Of a DNA stretch of 64,000 bases, positions 35,462-44,770 are shown piece after piece. This stretch comes from a virus (Duplodnaviria; Heunggongvirae; Uroviricota; Caudoviricetes). The notes beneath the pieces are model-generated. The model saw only the letters and a program-made list of their open reading frames with translations, was not told the DNA's origin and did not search any database. The number at the start of each line of letters is the position of its first letter. Positions within the stretch are counted from its first letter, which is position 1. Location of the stretch: the IMG/VR virus record IMGVR_UViG_3300042400_000593; one strand, given 5' to 3'. The translations under genes and the position numbers were made by a program.

Positions 35462-36619
35462 TTATTGCCCTTGTTGAACTTGAATTGGTGCGCATCCTCC
35501 GGCTGTAGCACAATTAAAGTTTATTGAGTAGTACTGTTGAGTAGCACCACTCTGTTGTAGACTTAAGTCTACTGGTTGTCCTGATAAGGTAATATCAGTT
35601 ATATGATTTGCTGCACCTTGTTGTAATACATCAACATGTTTATTACCACCAGATAATTCAATATTAGCATAATAATTTCCACTACCCTTTTGTTGTAAAA
35701 TTAAACTGTTGTTATTATCAGTTATATTTATAAAAGCACCTTTACTAAACCCGGCAGTATATGTATCTTGATCTATACTAAGCAAATTAGAATTGCCATT
35801 TACTGTTAAGTCAATAAAGTTTACTTGTAAGTTATTGGCTGCAGTTTGATTAATAGTAGTAGTGTTAGACGAGCCATTACTGCTGTAATTTACATAATTG
35901 TTGTTAGTACCTTTTTGATCAATTGTAATCTTGTTATTGTTTCCTAACTGATCTATATATACTTGATTGTCAGTAGTTGATCTAGATGTAAAAGCCGTTA
36001 CTTTTGCAGTATTAGCAGGAGCGGCATTAAATGAAGATCCACTGCCACCGCAGCAATATACACTTGGAAACGTAGTCCATGGTAACGTACTTCCTAAGTC
36101 AATGCTAGTAGTAGGATCATTTTGATCGTACAAGAATGTTATTTCTGCAATTTGCATAGAGTTAGCAGCACCTGCGTCTTTAACAATTGGAAACGTTATA
36201 TTATAATACACGTATGCTTCTGTATTGTTAATAGGGTATACTGGACTAACTGCAAGTCTATTATTAGGTAATGCAATAAGTTGAGAAGTTATTAACGTCC
36301 AACCTCCTGATGTATCATTACTTCCAAATAAACTAAAACTAGCAGGATCTCGTTCTGGAGAATCATTTGCTGTAGTAAATTGTACTTGACTAATAACTTT
36401 ACCTTGTGACAGTTTAAGCATAACACCTGCATTAAGTTTATCAAAGTTAAGATACTTAGTTCCGGGATTACCGTCAAACGCATTACTAAAGAACTCACCA
36501 CCTGGACTATTCATACTTGATGGAATATATCCTAACATTAATGGTCTAAGTGGTACATAGTTAGGAACAGCATCTACATTTGAATACCATAACAACAATA
36601 TGAAAAATAAAATTCTCAT
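35462..36619 (-). CDS. Secreted curlin-repeat protein with N-terminal discoidin/CBM-like domain
   Basis: Signal peptide; NAFDGNPGTKYLNF; repeated (I/L)xQxGxxN units. Confidence 0.75.
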   Translation of the reverse strand: MRILFFILLLWYSNVDAVPNYVPLRPLMLGYIPSSMNSPGGEFFSNAFDGNPGTKYLNFDKLNAGVMLKLSQGKVISQVQFTTANDSPERDPASFSLFGSNDTSGGWTLITSQLIALPNNRLAVSPVYPINNTEAYVYYNITFPIVKDAGAANSMQIAEITFLYDQNDPTTSIDLGSTLPWTTFPSVYCCGGSGSSFNAAPANTAKVTAFTSRSTTDNQVYIDQLGNNNKITIDQKGTNNNYVNYSSNGSSNTTTINQTAANNLQVNFIDLTVNGNSNLLSIDQDTYTAGFSKGAFINITDNNNSLILQQKGSGNYYANIELSGGNKHVDVLQQGAANHITDITLSGQPVDLSLQQSGATQQYYSINFNCATAGGCAPIQVQQGQ

Positions 36620-37701
36620 CGTCTTAACACTCCAGTAGTTTGTGTAATACTTATTGTATTACCGCCACTGCTGTCGCCTATTATTGTAGATGCAGCAGTA
36701 TCATTTTGAATAATAGATATAGCAGTATTAGAAGTATACCCTTGTGTTTTTATTTCAGCATAGTGTTCATCTGGGGTTATACGATATGCAGTACCTTTAC
36801 CTTTTTGTGTACCGTCTGCATTAGGTTGTTCCCACATTACACATACATGCGATGTTGGGTCGCAAGGTGCAATAGATTGTATAGTTTCTGCAATCTGTTC
36901 TATTCTAGCAGCAATAGTTTCTTGAGTTTTAGCTACTTGATTTGCTAATCGTCTAGTTGCTTCTTTTTCTAAATCTTCTTGTTCTTCATCTTTCTTTGTT
37001 CTAGCTGCTTGTTTAATTGCGTTAACAATTTCTTTTGGCGCAGAAATGATTAAGTTATTATTGATTTTAGATTCTACCAAACTAATAACTTCCGGAGCAG
37101 TTGGCATTGCAGTTCTACTACTAACATAAGTTGCATGAAACGCTTGATCTAAAGTAACTTCCCCTGCATCATTTGTAACTACAATTTTACCTACTTTACA
37201 AATATTCTCTTGTAGTTCGTATTGTTTAACATCTTTTTCATCTTTACAACTTGGAAGTAGTACAATAAGAGATTGACCAGTTTCATCTACTGTCATAGTA
37301 AAGTCAGTACCACGTACTGCAATTGTAGCAGTGGGAGTTTGTATACCTACTTGCTGTGGATTAGCTTTTGCTATTTGACCACTTGCGTATCTAACAGTAC
37401 CTAATCCAACTTTTAATGCAAGTTTACCTGCATCTGATTGTTTTGGATCGTATACAAAGTCATCTATTACTAATCTACTATTCTCTGTAATTTTAACTTT
37501 TGTTTCATCTTTAAATAAAATGTTACTAACACACCCGCCGGTAATGTATGCATCCATACTTTCTATAGATGCGCCTTTATCACCTGCAAGTTTTTCTTTG
37601 TTACGTTCAATGCTGCATGCAGTGCCTTTAGCGTCTGAAACTGCACCAATTCCTGCATAAGCATTATTAACAACTAATAATAAAAAAACTAAGAACCACA
37701 T
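36616..37701 (-). CDS. FecR-domain protein
   Basis: ITENSRLVID.FVYDP...GTVRYASG...TPTATIAVRGTDF. Confidence 0.85.
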   Translation of the reverse strand: MWFLVFLLLVVNNAYAGIGAVSDAKGTACSIERNKEKLAGDKGASIESMDAYITGGCVSNILFKDETKVKITENSRLVIDDFVYDPKQSDAGKLALKVGLGTVRYASGQIAKANPQQVGIQTPTATIAVRGTDFTMTVDETGQSLIVLLPSCKDEKDVKQYELQENICKVGKIVVTNDAGEVTLDQAFHATYVSSRTAMPTAPEVISLVESKINNNLIISAPKEIVNAIKQAARTKKDEEQEDLEKEATRRLANQVAKTQETIAARIEQIAETIQSIAPCDPTSHVCVMWEQPNADGTQKGKGTAYRITPDEHYAEIKTQGYTSNTAISIIQNDTAASTIIGDSSGGNTISITQTTGVLRR

Positions 37702-37702
37702 A

Positions 37703-38470
37703 TTACCTCGAAACGGCTGTATTTGAATTTACAATACTGCTTGAATTAGTTGACCTTACAGTAATTGTATTATGATCTCCAATTGTACTAATATCTATCA
37801 TAGAATCGTTAGTACCTTGCTGCTGTGTTACAACAGAGTTGTAACTCCCAGTAAAATCTTGTACTAGATGATGCCCGATACCTCCATCGTCTTGTTCGTT
37901 AATGAAACTGTTAAACCCGCCACTTACTGTTGTATCTACTACACCGTTAGTGCTATTTAATCGTGTTGTAACTTCATTGTTACTGCCATTAATATCAATT
38001 GTACTATGTATGCTACCTTTAGTTAAACTTTGTATAACATAGTTTAAATCACCAGTAATTGTTTCAGTAACAACATTAGCATTTACTGGAGTACCAAGTC
38101 CAATGTTAAGTAACGTTTGATTTTGATTACCTTTAATGATACTAGAATATATATTATTTGCTCCGCTAATATTATATTGTGCCCAGTTAGTATCTCCAGT
38201 GTGCGACAATGTTACTTGGTTAGAATTACCCGTAATAGTCGCATAATTTGATGAGCTTGCAGCAGCTGGTACAAAAGCTGTAATAGTGTTACTGGAACTA
38301 TATAACAAAGGATTGTTAAGAGTTGTACCACTAACGTTATTAGCTCCGCCAATCTGATCAATAACGATTGTATTTGCATTTCCGACTTGTTCAATGTATA
38401 CATTGTTTACTCCTGTACTTGCTGCAAACACTGGACTACTTATTAGTAGTAGTAGTATTAGTTGTTTCAT
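37703..38470 (-). CDS. Secreted curlin-repeat (CsgA/CsgB-like) protein
   Basis: Signal peptide; NNVYIEQVGNAN, QxGxxN/GxxN beta-solenoid repeats. Confidence 0.8.
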   Translation of the reverse strand: MKQLILLLLISSPVFAASTGVNNVYIEQVGNANTIVIDQIGGANNVSGTTLNNPLLYSSSNTITAFVPAAASSSNYATITGNSNQVTLSHTGDTNWAQYNISGANNIYSSIIKGNQNQTLLNIGLGTPVNANVVTETITGDLNYVIQSLTKGSIHSTIDINGSNNEVTTRLNSTNGVVDTTVSGGFNSFINEQDDGGIGHHLVQDFTGSYNSVVTQQQGTNDSMIDISTIGDHNTITVRSTNSSSIVNSNTAVSR

Positions 38471-39290
38471 TTTTTAGCTCCTGTGGCGCTTCTTTAAAAG
38501 CCCAATGACCTTTCTTAGCACCTTCTTTAATAGTTTCGACCACAGCGGCTTGAATAGCTTTGTTAGTCGCTTTGTTAATACTTTCATTTATACTTCCGCC
38601 CACTTCTGTTTCTAATGCTTTAGTATCTGAAGAGAACATTCTTAATACACCGACTTTATCCATATAACTTAGTACGGTTTTAGTTACTACAACTGATGTT
38701 AGAATTTCACCAGATGTTACTGATACAATTCTTAAACTTACTGTAACAGTATCGCTTTGATATTGAGTTTCACCACCTATGCCAAATATCCTTACACCTG
38801 CTCCGCCTGTGATTGTATTTGAATCGTAGCCAACAACTGCGCCTTCTGCAATAATTCCAGCAAATGTCATAGCTGGTAATGAAGTAGCATCTTTGCCTTG
38901 GAACTGTTCGCGTGTTTGGCGAATCATTTGACGCTCTTTAACTAGGTTGTCTAAGCCAACGCGTTCTAGTACTACAAACCAACGACTATCACCGACTTCT
39001 TTTAATGACTTGATTAAATAGTTTTCAGCACCTTGAGTAATTGCAGAACTTAAACTAGCAATGTTTGGTATTGATTTGCGTTGTCCAGTTTTATCCGTAA
39101 AACCGTATACTGCAATTGGAATAGGTCCACCTTGCGGCGGAGCTAAATAATTTTCTTCTTTTTTTAAATACGGTGTATTGTCAACGATTGGATCGTCAAA
39201 CTGTTCACCTGTTATAAGTTTTTCAATTGAACTACTTGCTGCACATCCTTGTAGTAGTAGAATAATTGCTAATAATAGTAATTTTTTCAT
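38436..39290 (-). CDS. csgG: Curli secretion channel lipoprotein CsgG
   Basis: Lipobox LQGC, VYGFTDKTGQRK, WFVVLER.GL.NL.KERQ.IR, EGAVVGYDSN..TGGAG. Confidence 0.92.
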   Translation of the reverse strand: MKKLLLLAIILLLQGCAASSSIEKLITGEQFDDPIVDNTPYLKKEENYLAPPQGGPIPIAVYGFTDKTGQRKSIPNIASLSSAITQGAENYLIKSLKEVGDSRWFVVLERVGLDNLVKERQMIRQTREQFQGKDATSLPAMTFAGIIAEGAVVGYDSNTITGGAGVRIFGIGGETQYQSDTVTVSLRIVSVTSGEILTSVVVTKTVLSYMDKVGVLRMFSSDTKALETEVGGSINESINKATNKAIQAAVVETIKEGAKKGHWAFKEAPQELKNETTNTTTTNK

Positions 39291-39297
39291 AGTTACC

Positions 39298-39774
39298 TCA
39301 AAAATAGAAAGTACCGGCCGGTACTTTCATTGTTGTTGTTTGATTTGGATTACTATTACTTGTAATATTGATAATAATTAGTCCATTATCTGTACCTGAT
39401 CCTAATCCCCATGTAACCGTGTTTCCACCTAAGTCTGGAATATTTCCACAAGTTGCACCTGGGATAGTACATGTAGACCCTTCGGCAAACATGCTATCAG
39501 TAAGTTGTTTTGCTAGTTGTGAATAGATCCTTGATTCTAAGTTTGCTAAGAATTTAGCCGCTGGCGTATTAGCTGCTGCTGATGCTGCTTTAGCTGCTAA
39601 TGAATCTGCAAGTGATTTGTTTTTTTCAACACCTTGTTGTTCTAACTGTTGGATAGTTAGAATGTGATTGCTATACCCAATTCCGCTAAATGATGGACTA
39701 TTAAATGAGTGTTGGAGTTCAGCAGAAAATGCTGATGATGATACTAGTAGTAATAATACTAAGATTTTGTTCAC
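39298..39774 (-). CDS. csgF: Curli assembly component CsgF
   Basis: Signal + AEL.H.FNSPSFSG, F..NLESRIYSQLAKQL. Confidence 0.85.
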   Translation of the reverse strand: MNKILVLLLLVSSSAFSAELQHSFNSPSFSGIGYSNHILTIQQLEQQGVEKNKSLADSLAAKAASAAANTPAAKFLANLESRIYSQLAKQLTDSMFAEGSTCTIPGATCGNIPDLGGNTVTWGLGSGTDNGLIIINITSNSNPNQTTTMKVPAGTFYF

Positions 39775-39881
39775 TTCTCTCTCTCTCCTTGATAAAGTTA
39801 CTAACGTATTTACCTACAAAAAGAGTAAAAATAAAGCCAGCAGAAATAATGATAAATATAGAATATGATTAAGGATACAAC

Positions 39882-40673
39882 ATGAGAATTTCTGAATTAC
39901 TTGAAAATGATGGACAATTAGGACTTCCGTTTCAAGATGAACCTACAGATTTACAACCAAGAGTAAAACAAAAACGTGTTAAAAAAGACTACGGTCAGAC
40001 ACCTGAAAGACCAGAATTAAGATTTAGTTTAGAAGATCATCCAGAATTAAAAGCTGCAGCTCAAGCTGTTAAAGCTGGAAAGATGTCTAGAGCAGAATAT
40101 ACAGCATTAGTAAAAAAATATAAACCAGTAAGACCGTATGATTATGTTCCTACACCTGCAAGTGAAAAAGATATGAATCGCGGGTTAGATGCTGATAAAC
40201 GTCATAAGATTAATTCACATATTGCAGACGGTGATGTGGTGCAATTACGATTAGACATCCCTGCGTATAATCATAAAAATGTGTGGGTTCCAACTATTCA
40301 CAATAAAGCTGGAATTGCTATTTCTCATAGAGGAGCAGCAGTTATTAATAATGTAACCATTAAGTTACCGCAAAAAGGTTCAATGAACATTGCAACAGGC
40401 GAAACTAGTAAAGTTCCAATTGCTACTCTAAAAGGTTTTTGGGAAGAAGTATCGCCTGAAGATGCAAAGACAGAAGCAATGGCTGCGTTACATGATAAGA
40501 ATTGGGCTCAGGTAGGTATGGATCCTAAACGACATGCATTCTTCTATGATAGAAAAACTGAAAGACCTATTATTGGTGGATCACGTGCTGTACAAGTAGG
40601 ACCGTTAGTGTTAATTAAAGATCCTATCTATGACGATGATGGTGAATATATTTACGAACGAAATAAAAGATAA
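39882..40673 (+). CDS. Hypothetical protein with MRISELLE leader
   Basis: 263 aa; TAAATA at 39853. Confidence 0.75.
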   Translation: MRISELLENDGQLGLPFQDEPTDLQPRVKQKRVKKDYGQTPERPELRFSLEDHPELKAAAQAVKAGKMSRAEYTALVKKYKPVRPYDYVPTPASEKDMNRGLDADKRHKINSHIADGDVVQLRLDIPAYNHKNVWVPTIHNKAGIAISHRGAAVINNVTIKLPQKGSMNIATGETSKVPIATLKGFWEEVSPEDAKTEAMAALHDKNWAQVGMDPKRHAFFYDRKTERPIIGGSRAVQVGPLVLIKDPIYDDDGEYIYERNKR

Positions 40674-40687
40674 ATAACTTTAACAAC

Positions 40688-40787
40688 TTAGGACCGTCAC
40701 AGTTATCTGTGCCTAAGGCGTCAAGGTTGCCCTACCTAACAGTTTGAGATTCGCTACCTCTTACAACTGTAAACAGGGCTTTTTTTT
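40688..40787 (+). ncRNA. Candidate small structured RNA
   Basis: TAAATA at 40671; nested stems TTAGG/CCTAA, CACAG/CTGTG, GCCCT/AGGGC, ACAGTT/AACTGT; ends in a T-tract. Confidence 0.45.
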
Positions 40788-40789
40788 GA

Positions 40790-41596
40790 CTAGACTAATC
40801 TAGCTCTATAATCGTCTAAAGTTTGATAAATTGATTTTAAGTATCTACGATATGCTTTTTCGTATCCCGGTTCGGCTCTACCTTTAAAATCACTATAAGT
40901 ATGTGATTGTTTTGATATTTCTTTTAAGAATACATTAATAGCAGTGGATTGTTCTTGAGGTGATAGTTTATGAATCTTACTAATTAGATCTGATGCCGCT
41001 TCTTGTGCGTATGCTGCGATTTCGTCAGGTTGTGATTTATATATTTCTCTAGCACGAATCTGTTCTTCTTCACTTTTAAATTCATCTTGTATTAACGCTG
41101 TAAAGAATTTAATTTTATCTCTTTCAACATATCCATGTTTGTATTCGTATCGTTGTCCGTGACTTACTTGTTTAGCATGTGTTACTTCGTGTAAGAATAC
41201 AGAAGTTAAGTGATTAATGATAGTGTTAATATCGTTAGCATCGATATTATCAGTATAATGTTTAAATAATAATTTAATTAAGTTTGCAATTACTTTTGGA
41301 GCAATTGTTATAGTATTAGTATCTTCAATATATTGTCCAGTACCTTGTGCTAACGATTTAAATTGTATAGTAACATCAGTATTTGTTATTTGTTTTGCGT
41401 AGTGTGTTAGAATAGGTTTAATAGAATTAACAAATAACGTATTGTACTTAACCATAAATTGCATATCCATTTTTTGGATAGGAGTTTGAGGTCGGGTATT
41501 AAACACATTCATAACCGCATCATGCAATGCATTATTAATTTCTGGAGCAACGTTTGTTAATGATATACGTTCGTATAATAATTCTCTAATTTTCAT
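40790..41596 (-). CDS. HExxH putative metallopeptidase with MKIRELLYE leader
   Basis: FLHEVTHAKQ...QPDEIAAYA; TATAAATA at about 41617. Confidence 0.65.
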   Translation of the reverse strand: MKIRELLYERISLTNVAPEINNALHDAVMNVFNTRPQTPIQKMDMQFMVKYNTLFVNSIKPILTHYAKQITNTDVTIQFKSLAQGTGQYIEDTNTITIAPKVIANLIKLLFKHYTDNIDANDINTIINHLTSVFLHEVTHAKQVSHGQRYEYKHGYVERDKIKFFTALIQDEFKSEEEQIRAREIYKSQPDEIAAYAQEAASDLISKIHKLSPQEQSTAINVFLKEISKQSHTYSDFKGRAEPGYEKAYRRYLKSIYQTLDDYRARLV

Positions 41597-41626
41597 GTAT
41601 AGTCCTAATTGTATACTATTTATACA

Positions 41627-42247
41627 CTAATTCTCATCACCCATTGTGTTGAAAAAATCATCTAAAAGCATATTAATAGTACGGGTTGATACGCTTCTAG
41701 ATTTTAACAATTCAGCTTCGGCAGGTGTAATAGTGGCTAATTTTTTAAAATCTTCAACTATGAATGCAGTCCATTTACCTTTCGGAATTCCGGTAGGTTC
41801 TTTAAAACCAATACTCCTATCTAATGAAATCTCAACTCGATCTCTTCCTTTATACATACTGTTTGGAATAGCAAGACAGTAAAATTCGTCCGAATATTTA
41901 GAATAACATAAAGCTCTAATTAAACCAGTTTTATTTTTAAGACCACTAATAGCAATAGAATTAGTCCATTCATCTTTTGCAATATTATTGTTTCTAAAAC
42001 AACTTACTGCTTTTTTAGCATCGGACAAACATGGATAAAAATCATGTCCAACTTCGGCAACACGAACATAAGCCCCTTGTGATGTTATCGCTAACGCATT
42101 TTCTAATACAGTTTCAATTTGAAGATCGCCAGTTTCTACTAGTTTTCTATATAATGCAATTTCGTACTTTGGTGCATTTGGCCAACGATATGGTGCTAAA
42201 AAATCAAAAAATTTATAATCTTCGGGTGTAACAAGTGCTGTACTCAT
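41627..42247 (-). CDS. Hypothetical protein, paralogue of 13788-14357
   Basis: ENALA, DAK, LKNKTGLIR, FYCLAIP, KGKW. Confidence 0.65.
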   Translation of the reverse strand: MSTALVTPEDYKFFDFLAPYRWPNAPKYEIALYRKLVETGDLQIETVLENALAITSQGAYVRVAEVGHDFYPCLSDAKKAVSCFRNNNIAKDEWTNSIAISGLKNKTGLIRALCYSKYSDEFYCLAIPNSMYKGRDRVEISLDRSIGFKEPTGIPKGKWTAFIVEDFKKLATITPAEAELLKSRSVSTRTINMLLDDFFNTMGDEN

Positions 42248-42344
42248 AATTTAATTTTAATGTATAATGTGTTTAATAGATTTAATGTATAGATACTCTT
42301 TGTATCTAATGTCTATATTATACAGTAATTACTTCGATTGTCAA

Positions 42345-43226
42345 TCAGTTACTCAATTTTTTAACAATATATTCAACCATCTCTCCTGCTATGTTAGTAC
42401 CACAATAATGATCAAAACCGTTAAATCCAGGATTTGAATTAGCTTCACATACTCTAAATCCGCGATTATCAAATAATAGATCAATACCTGCTATTTCTAA
42501 TCCTAACGCTTTAGCGGTAGCCAATGCAATTTCTTCTATTTCGGGAGTTACAGTATAAGGTTCGCCTTTACCACCTATTGTAATGTTTGCACGAAAGTCG
42601 CCTTCAGGAGCAATACGTTTCATAGCTCCGAGTACTTTATCTCCTACTACAAATACTCTTAAATCTACACCAGGGTAATCATTAAGATATTCTTGTACTA
42701 GTAGTTTTTTTTCATTATCTAAATTTTTAAGGAATTCGATTAATTTATGATATTCTTTTTCTGTTTGACACAGATATACACCCTCACCGAAACTACCAAC
42801 TAATACTTTTATTACGCAAGGAAATCCTATATGTGTTGCGATTAAGTTGTGTGTAATTGGAAAGTGTACTAACATTGTTGTCGGTACTGCTATGTTAGCG
42901 TTTGAAAGAATTTGACCAGTGTGGAATTTATTTTGTACTATATGTATACTGTTGCTCGAGTTAACGCATGGGATGCCTAGTAATTCAAAATACCTAATTA
43001 CAGCTAATTCAACCGAAGTGATACCGGCACCTAATCTTATTAACACTAGGTCAGGGAGAGAAAACTCTTTGCCGTCGTATTTGATTGACTCACCAATGAT
43101 GATATCAAAGTTAGAAAATTGACATACAGATGCGTCGATGTTAGAATCCATGAAACTAATAAGTAGTTTACTAGTTTCATAGTCTATTGTAGTTTGTTTT
43201 GTAAGAATTATAACAGAATGTTTCAT
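42345..43226 (-). CDS. rimK: RimK-family ATP-grasp ligase
   Basis: NKFHT, FPCVIK...GSFGEGV, VQEY, DLRVFVVG...AMKR, FRANI..GG, GIDLL, EANSNPGF. Confidence 0.9.
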   Translation of the reverse strand: MKHSVIILTKQTTIDYETSKLLISFMDSNIDASVCQFSNFDIIIGESIKYDGKEFSLPDLVLIRLGAGITSVELAVIRYFELLGIPCVNSSNSIHIVQNKFHTGQILSNANIAVPTTMLVHFPITHNLIATHIGFPCVIKVLVGSFGEGVYLCQTEKEYHKLIEFLKNLDNEKKLLVQEYLNDYPGVDLRVFVVGDKVLGAMKRIAPEGDFRANITIGGKGEPYTVTPEIEEIALATAKALGLEIAGIDLLFDNRGFRVCEANSNPGFNGFDHYCGTNIAGEMVEYIVKKLSN

Positions 43227-43252
43227 ACTGTATTTATCAGTATTTGCGCACT

Positions 43253-43930
43253 CTAAATCTCAGGGAATAAACACTCATGAACAAAGCGAGTAACGTCTTC
43301 TTCGTTTAAGCCAAGTGCAGCCATTACTCGCGGTGTATGCGGGATTTGTTTTTGTTGTATTGCATAGTAGTTTTGTGCTTCTACAGTGCTTTTAACTGTG
43401 TTATTAGTGCTTGCTACGTTAAATAAGTAGTGTTTGCTAGTAAGATCTATAATGCTGTGTATTTGCGCTATTTCACTGTCTTTTTGAATATTGCTTGCTG
43501 CAATCATATGTGGGGAAAAGATCTTTTGTCCCCACTCTGGAATATCTCTAACTTTATCCCATTTTAACAACCCAGCCTCTGATCCAAAAAAATCTATCAT
43601 TGGATGATTAGAATTACCAGCCGGACTGTAGTCATGGAAAAAACCAGTTATCTTATTGCGACCTGCAACAACATCACAACCAAAGATAGGTGCAGGATTA
43701 TGGATATGTGGGAAAATGCAGCAATGCATCATCCACAATCCGTTTGAATCACTTGCGTCTACTATATTAAGATGTGCGCGACGATAAGACTTACTAGACC
43801 AAATTCTATTAATCCAACCGTTATAATTAAAACGATCAATACCAGGTTCTGCTATTTCAGTTCCTGAACTGTTAAATCGATCTATAAGTAAGTCTTGTAT
43901 TTTAACTAACTGAGATTTTAGATCACTCAT
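43253..43930 (-). CDS. pcyX: Ferredoxin-dependent bilin reductase, PcyX/PcyA-like
   Basis: RRAHL.IVD...LWMMHCCIFP...PIFG.DVVAG..KITG.FHDYSP, P.WG..IFS..MIAA. Confidence 0.8.
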   Translation of the reverse strand: MSDLKSQLVKIQDLLIDRFNSSGTEIAEPGIDRFNYNGWINRIWSSKSYRRAHLNIVDASDSNGLWMMHCCIFPHIHNPAPIFGCDVVAGRNKITGFFHDYSPAGNSNHPMIDFFGSEAGLLKWDKVRDIPEWGQKIFSPHMIAASNIQKDSEIAQIHSIIDLTSKHYLFNVASTNNTVKSTVEAQNYYAIQQKQIPHTPRVMAALGLNEEDVTRFVHECLFPEI

Positions 43931-44460
43931 GCTAACTCTTCAAATAACTTTGTAGCAAAACTAAAACAAATTAATGCTTCTTCTGCTAGTGAATCATCTA
44001 ACTTAGCACGTATTGCGTCTTTAAGTTCATTGGTATTTTCAAACTTATAGAAATTACCTAAACCGGGAACTTTTTTAGCAATCATTTGACCGCCATACAA
44101 ATCTCCCATATGCCTGACATAAATATGAGCCATTAGTTTCTTAGGATCGTCTTTAATTGTTAAAAGATGTCTCAAATACTCGTGAGTAGATTCTAATATT
44201 TTAAAATTTGGTAAATCTGGAACATCGGCTTCTAACTCAAGAAGATCTTGTTTAATTTTTTCAGCACGTTTAATGCCAGGTAGATCATCTAGTATACCTG
44301 CATCATTTGCAAATGCTTCTAAGGTTGCGTATGCAAGTTCTTGGTTAAGCAAATAATGTGCGTACTGTTCTTTACTAATATTTCCAGAGAAAATTAGGTT
44401 AACAAATGGTTGAGATTCTGCTAGTTTATGTGCTTCTGCAGTTAGTTCTTTTAAACTCAT
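43927..44460 (-). CDS. hemO: Heme oxygenase
   Basis: LKELT.E.H..AE, AHIYVRHMGDLYGGQMI, EA..CF. Confidence 0.9.
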   Translation of the reverse strand: MSLKELTAEAHKLAESQPFVNLIFSGNISKEQYAHYLLNQELAYATLEAFANDAGILDDLPGIKRAEKIKQDLLELEADVPDLPNFKILESTHEYLRHLLTIKDDPKKLMAHIYVRHMGDLYGGQMIAKKVPGLGNFYKFENTNELKDAIRAKLDDSLAEEALICFSFATKLFEELA

Positions 44461-44762
44461 AGATCTTCTTCCATTTTAATTTGTAAAGGATACCCGGCTG
44501 ATCTAGCAAGTGTAGTTGATTCAACTGCCTTAATTTCTGCAATTTCAAAACTATACACACCTGCAATGCCAGATCCAGTTTCGTGTACTTGCATAGTAAT
44601 ATTACCTGCAGAATTAGGATCATGTTTAAACACATCCATTAATAAAGTTACTACAAAGTCAACAGGAGTAACGTCGTCATTAATAAGAATAACTTTCCAA
44701 CGCTTTGGTTCTGAAACCTTAATTCTAACTTTTTCGTCTACTGCTACATCTGTATTTGCCAT
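44457..44762 (-). CDS. clpS: N-end rule adaptor ClpS
   Basis: WKVILINDDVTP.DFVV..L..VF...VHE.G..IAG.YS.EIAE.K. Confidence 0.93.
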   Translation of the reverse strand: MANTDVAVDEKVRIKVSEPKRWKVILINDDVTPVDFVVTLLMDVFKHDPNSAGNITMQVHETGSGIAGVYSFEIAEIKAVESTTLARSAGYPLQIKMEEDL

Positions 44763-44770
44763 TTGGGCTC

